Origin: Octopus bimaculoides
Lineage: Eukaryota
Direction of reading: 5' to 3'
DNA: 64,000 nucleotides
Assembly: GCF_001194135.2 (NCBI RefSeq)
Contig: NC_068989.1
Coordinates: 118,277 to 182,276 of the forward strand
How positions within the stretch are numbered: the first letter of the stretch is position 1; every line of letters starts with the position of its first letter. Positions 62,652 to 64,000 of this stretch are shown here, in pieces. The position numbers were made by a program, and so were the translations under genes. Under the pieces are notes generated by a model. It was not told where the DNA came from, did not search any database, and saw only the letters and a list, made by a program, of their open reading frames with translations.

Positions 62652-63163
62652 GTATTGATTGTCATCATCAGTTTTATCTCTGTTATAGAATGTTCATATT
62701 ATTATATGTAATAAAACTATTTATGTTCATAGAGGGCTTAAGGCACAGGTTTTTTTCTAGTTATTTCAGTTTATGAATTGCGAATAGCTTGAGGTGAACT
62801 TAGTAATTTATTGCAGCTAGACAAAAAATTTTTTAACATGACGAATGTAAACTTCATTGATGAAGAAATATTTCTTCAAGACAATTGGTTAGTTTTGTAA
62901 AAGTTTTAATGAATTGATCACATGTTAGTAATTGTTATCTGGATTGCTAATGCATAAACAATAATTAATTAATTAATTAAATATGTAGTCAAATCATGTA
63001 ATTACTTTCATTTCTCATACTTGTGAAATGCACTTTAGAACAGATTTAAAAATTGATTTTCTTTTTTATTGAATGCAAATCTATTTCCTACCCATCACAT
63101 TTGTCTTCTTTTTGTACAATCCACTGAAATCCTCTACCGTATGTTCTGGTGTTATCCCAGAAT

Positions 63164-63433
63164 ATTGAGAGATAAAGGATTGATACATTATTTACATTTG
63201 ACTGATATTTGTCCTCATTTTGTTTGTTGTTAACACAACGTTTCGGCTGATATATCCTCCAGCCTTCTTCAGGTGTCTTGGGGAAATTTCAAACCTGGAT
63301 TCTCATTCCTAAGGTATTTTTCAATGTTATTATTATTGTTATTATTATTATTAGTGTTCAGGTCACTGCTTGGAATCAAACTCGGAATCTTGGGGTTAGT
63401 AGCTCGCGCTCTTAACCCCTACGCCATATGCCC
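63164..63433 (-). mobile_element. tRNA-headed SINE with PLE-type hammerhead tail (full-length copy)
   Basis: Minus strand: GGGCATA-TGGCGTAGGGG (A box)...CTACTAA loop...GAGTTTGATTCC (B box), (AAT)n spacer, hammerhead, tail ending AAATGTAAATAATGTA. Confidence 0.72.
63232..63277 (-). ncRNA. Minimal type I hammerhead ribozyme (dimer type), antisense to host gene
   Basis: Minus strand: GACAC-CTGAAGA-A-GGCTG(GAGGATATAT)CAGCC-GAAA-CG-TT-GTGTT; stem I GACAC/GTGTT, zero-loop palindromic stem III ACGU, GUU site. Confidence 0.72.
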
Positions 63434-63437
63434 ATGG

Positions 63438-63660
63438 GCTACTAACCCCAAGATTCCAAATTCGATTCCAAGCAGTGACCTGAACACTAATAATAATAAT
63501 AATAATATCAAAAAATACCTTAGGAATGAGAACCCAGGTTTGAAATTTCTCCAAGACACCTGATGAAGGCTGGAGGGTATATCAGCCGAAATGTGTTAAC
63601 AACAAACAAGATGAGGACAAATGTAAATAATGTACAGAATTCCTCATCTCTTAAATATAG
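63438..63660 (+). mobile_element. Inverted, 5'-truncated copy of the same hammerhead SINE (hammerhead lacks stem III)
   Basis: Reverse complement of 63184-63403; starts in the anticodon arm (no A box); CTGATGA...GAAA at 63560-63591 followed by TGTGTT (CGT missing). Confidence 0.75.
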
Positions 63661-64000
63661 AACTGTAAAGGATTGATATTTAGGATAGTCAGAAACTACT
63701 TACGCTTTTTTTTTTTTCTTTTCTCTTTTTTTTTTATTACTATCTTGAAACCATTTATTATTATCTGTTCTCAACTAACTTGTTATAAAGACTACTCGGT
63801 GATAGAGCTGGTCCAAATGCTTGACAGGACTGTGCTGGGTAACTCACTGTTTTAAGATTTATTCATTTCAGGATCATATTAGCCTGATATGTTTAGTAGT
63901 TAATAATACTAATAAAATACTAAATTAATTATATCACTTCTTTTGCAATATTTATCTTGTGGACAATTAACTATTTTAATTATTAAGGTAATAGAAATTT

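Overview
Eukaryotic, AT-rich genomic DNA, most likely an octopod cephalopod (inferred from the SINE/RTE repeat content; not database-verified). The window lies inside one plus-strand gene. I traced 47 GT-AG coding exons (971-62651; 6153 nt, 2051 codons) with all splice phases consistent and no stop. They encode the C-terminal half of an SH3 domain followed by about 18-19 spectrin repeats, which fits beta-heavy spectrin (SPTBN5/karst/sma-1 type); alpha-spectrin has only about 11-12 repeats after its SH3. Gene start and end lie outside the window. Introns hold RTE LINE fragments and their (GAT)n-tailed 3' UTR derivatives, tRNA-derived SINEs, four Penelope-like (PLE) fragments, a mariner remnant, a piggyBac-type MITE and microsatellites. 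Most notable is a PLE/hammerhead ribozyme set: a sense-strand type I hammerhead with a complete core and GUA site behind a PLE GIY-YIG C-terminus (47950-48012), and a tRNA-headed SINE ending in a minimal dimer-type hammerhead, inserted as an inverted pair in which only the antisense copy keeps its cleavage site (63164-63660). Also notable: a recursive-splice-type AG|GTAAGT exon start (29709), paralogous exon blocks with shared intron positions, and a covarying hairpin array in the RTE 3' UTR. All structures were read by eye; none is tested for activity.
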